This document shows, in pieces, positions 62,503-64,000 of a DNA stretch of 64,000 nt. The translations under genes and the position numbers were made by a program. The DNA comes from Octopus sinensis. Taxonomy: Eukaryota. Numbering within the stretch: position 1 is the first letter of the stretch; every line of letters starts with the position of its first letter. Location: positions 155,744,001-155,808,000 of the forward strand of contig NC_042997.1 in the NCBI RefSeq assembly GCF_006345805.1, written 5' to 3'. Below the pieces are notes generated by a model that saw only the letters and a list, made by a program, of their open reading frames with translations, did no database searches and was not told the DNA's origin.

Positions 62503-63805
62503 ATATTATATACACCTGTATACATATATATAAATATATATGTACAAATGCATGCCTACATACACAAACAAGATGCTTGTACAGAATTTTTAGTATATAT
62601 CAAAGAGACATTATAGAAATATCCCCGCTTCCTCCTTCATTAAATTTTAACACTATTGCTGTCATTTTTTTAATGAAAACCTGGTAAATTGTTGAAAGTA
62701 ACTTTATATATATATATATATATAAAGAGAGAGAGAGGGAGAGAGAAGAGAGAGAGAGAGAGAGAAAAAGTGTATGTGGAGAAATTTAAATAGATATAGA
62801 TAGACAAGATCAAAGAGTATTGCATGGTCAGTAAGGAAATAATCACCAAAGTATTTCCGAATAATCAGAATGTAAAACTGGAAAGTAACAAAACTGATAG
62901 CTGCCACCATTTTAAAAATAGATGGTGTACATATCACCTGATATTTTAGGTGACTCAACCGTTCTATTTCACATGTTCATGGAAGCAATTTAATCAATGG
63001 ACACAGGCTGAAACACAACTACTAAGCAAAATGGAGACATTATGTTAATTATAGTAGTTATAACTATTAGTAACCATGCTGTAAACTGAATGCCTAATCT
63101 AATGTTAGCACTGGTTAGTCATAGCTTGAATCTCATGTTTAATTAGAAAAGATGTGGCTACTTTCTCAAAATTGTTGCTGTTCAACTAAACAGAAAACAA
63201 CATTGTTAAAGATAATTGGCTCACTTTTTCAAAATGAGTTTATAAATTTCGTCATAATTTATAAAGCTGGAATTGTCTTGCTGTTAAAAAGATTTCATGT
63301 GTGTTTTAGTGAAAACGTATTTCGTGGGATATTTGTATTATATAAAAGCCAATATGCATGAGATAACATGCAAATGAGTAGGTGTATGACCTTATATGGA
63401 CATGATTTATGCAGGTAAAACCATAGTTACAGTCACATAAATATATAGTAGTTTGTTGAGAGCTATTCGACTATTATCATAAAATTAAGTGACTGAAAAG
63501 TTATTCTGCTGACTATAACAAATGCAGATTATGCTTAGTAAAACTTGGATTACATGCTCAAATCAAGTGAAATGAACACTATATATAGATGTGTGTGTAT
63601 TATATATATATTATATATATATATATATATGAAATCCATAAGGAACAGAAAACAGCAACCATTTCAATAGACAGTTAAGTATTCAAATGGGCATTATTTT
63701 CTAATTCCTAAATAGAATTATAGAATTATGGTTTTGAATATCAGTCCAGAGAATAAATAAATAAATATATATATATATATATTCTTTGGACTGATATTCA
63801 AAACC

Positions 63806-63860
<55 letters not shown>

Positions 63861-64000
63861 CCACCCACATATATATGTGTGTATGTATAAAAATGTGTTT
63901 ACAGTTTTAAGACATCAGCTGAGCAGTTAATTATGAAGTTTTTAAGATATCTTAACAAGAAAAATAGTTGGAATGTTACTGAAGATGCAAAATAAAGTGT

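Noticed and set aside
1456-63361. Most short ORFs in the provided track (poly-Y/I, YI-repeat, K/R-rich, and antisense to TE ORFs)
   Set aside because: They derive from microsatellites, low-complexity DNA or the opposite strand of repeats, with no recognisable domains or splice support.

Overview
AT-rich, repeat-dense animal genomic DNA. The repeat families and gene structure suggest a cephalopod, probably Octopus (inference). The only protein-coding gene I can fully reconstruct is CDC73 (parafibromin, PAF1 complex) on the + strand: 13 coding exons from 17573 to 53011, all with GT-AG introns and consistent phases, 1569 nt CDS, 522 aa. The rest is mostly transposon-derived. It includes a Penelope-like RT remnant, a deleted Tc1, a decayed Ty3/Gypsy with one intact LTR and PPT, a young 5'-truncated L1/Tx1 insertion with a 17-bp TSD just upstream of CDC73, CR1-like and RTE/BovB-like LINE pieces, many RTE-tail SINEs, tRNA-SINEs, a MULE remnant and several MITEs. 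The most striking non-coding finds are two hammerhead-ribozyme folds on the minus strand. One (2470-2556) has a perfect catalytic core and a long stem II and lies inside a 96-bp inverted repeat. The other (2885-2922) is a minimal variant. Also notable are a perfect 121-bp inverted duplication (8086-8873) and near-perfect hairpins at 54734 and 63725. All alignments and folds were done by eye and need computational confirmation.
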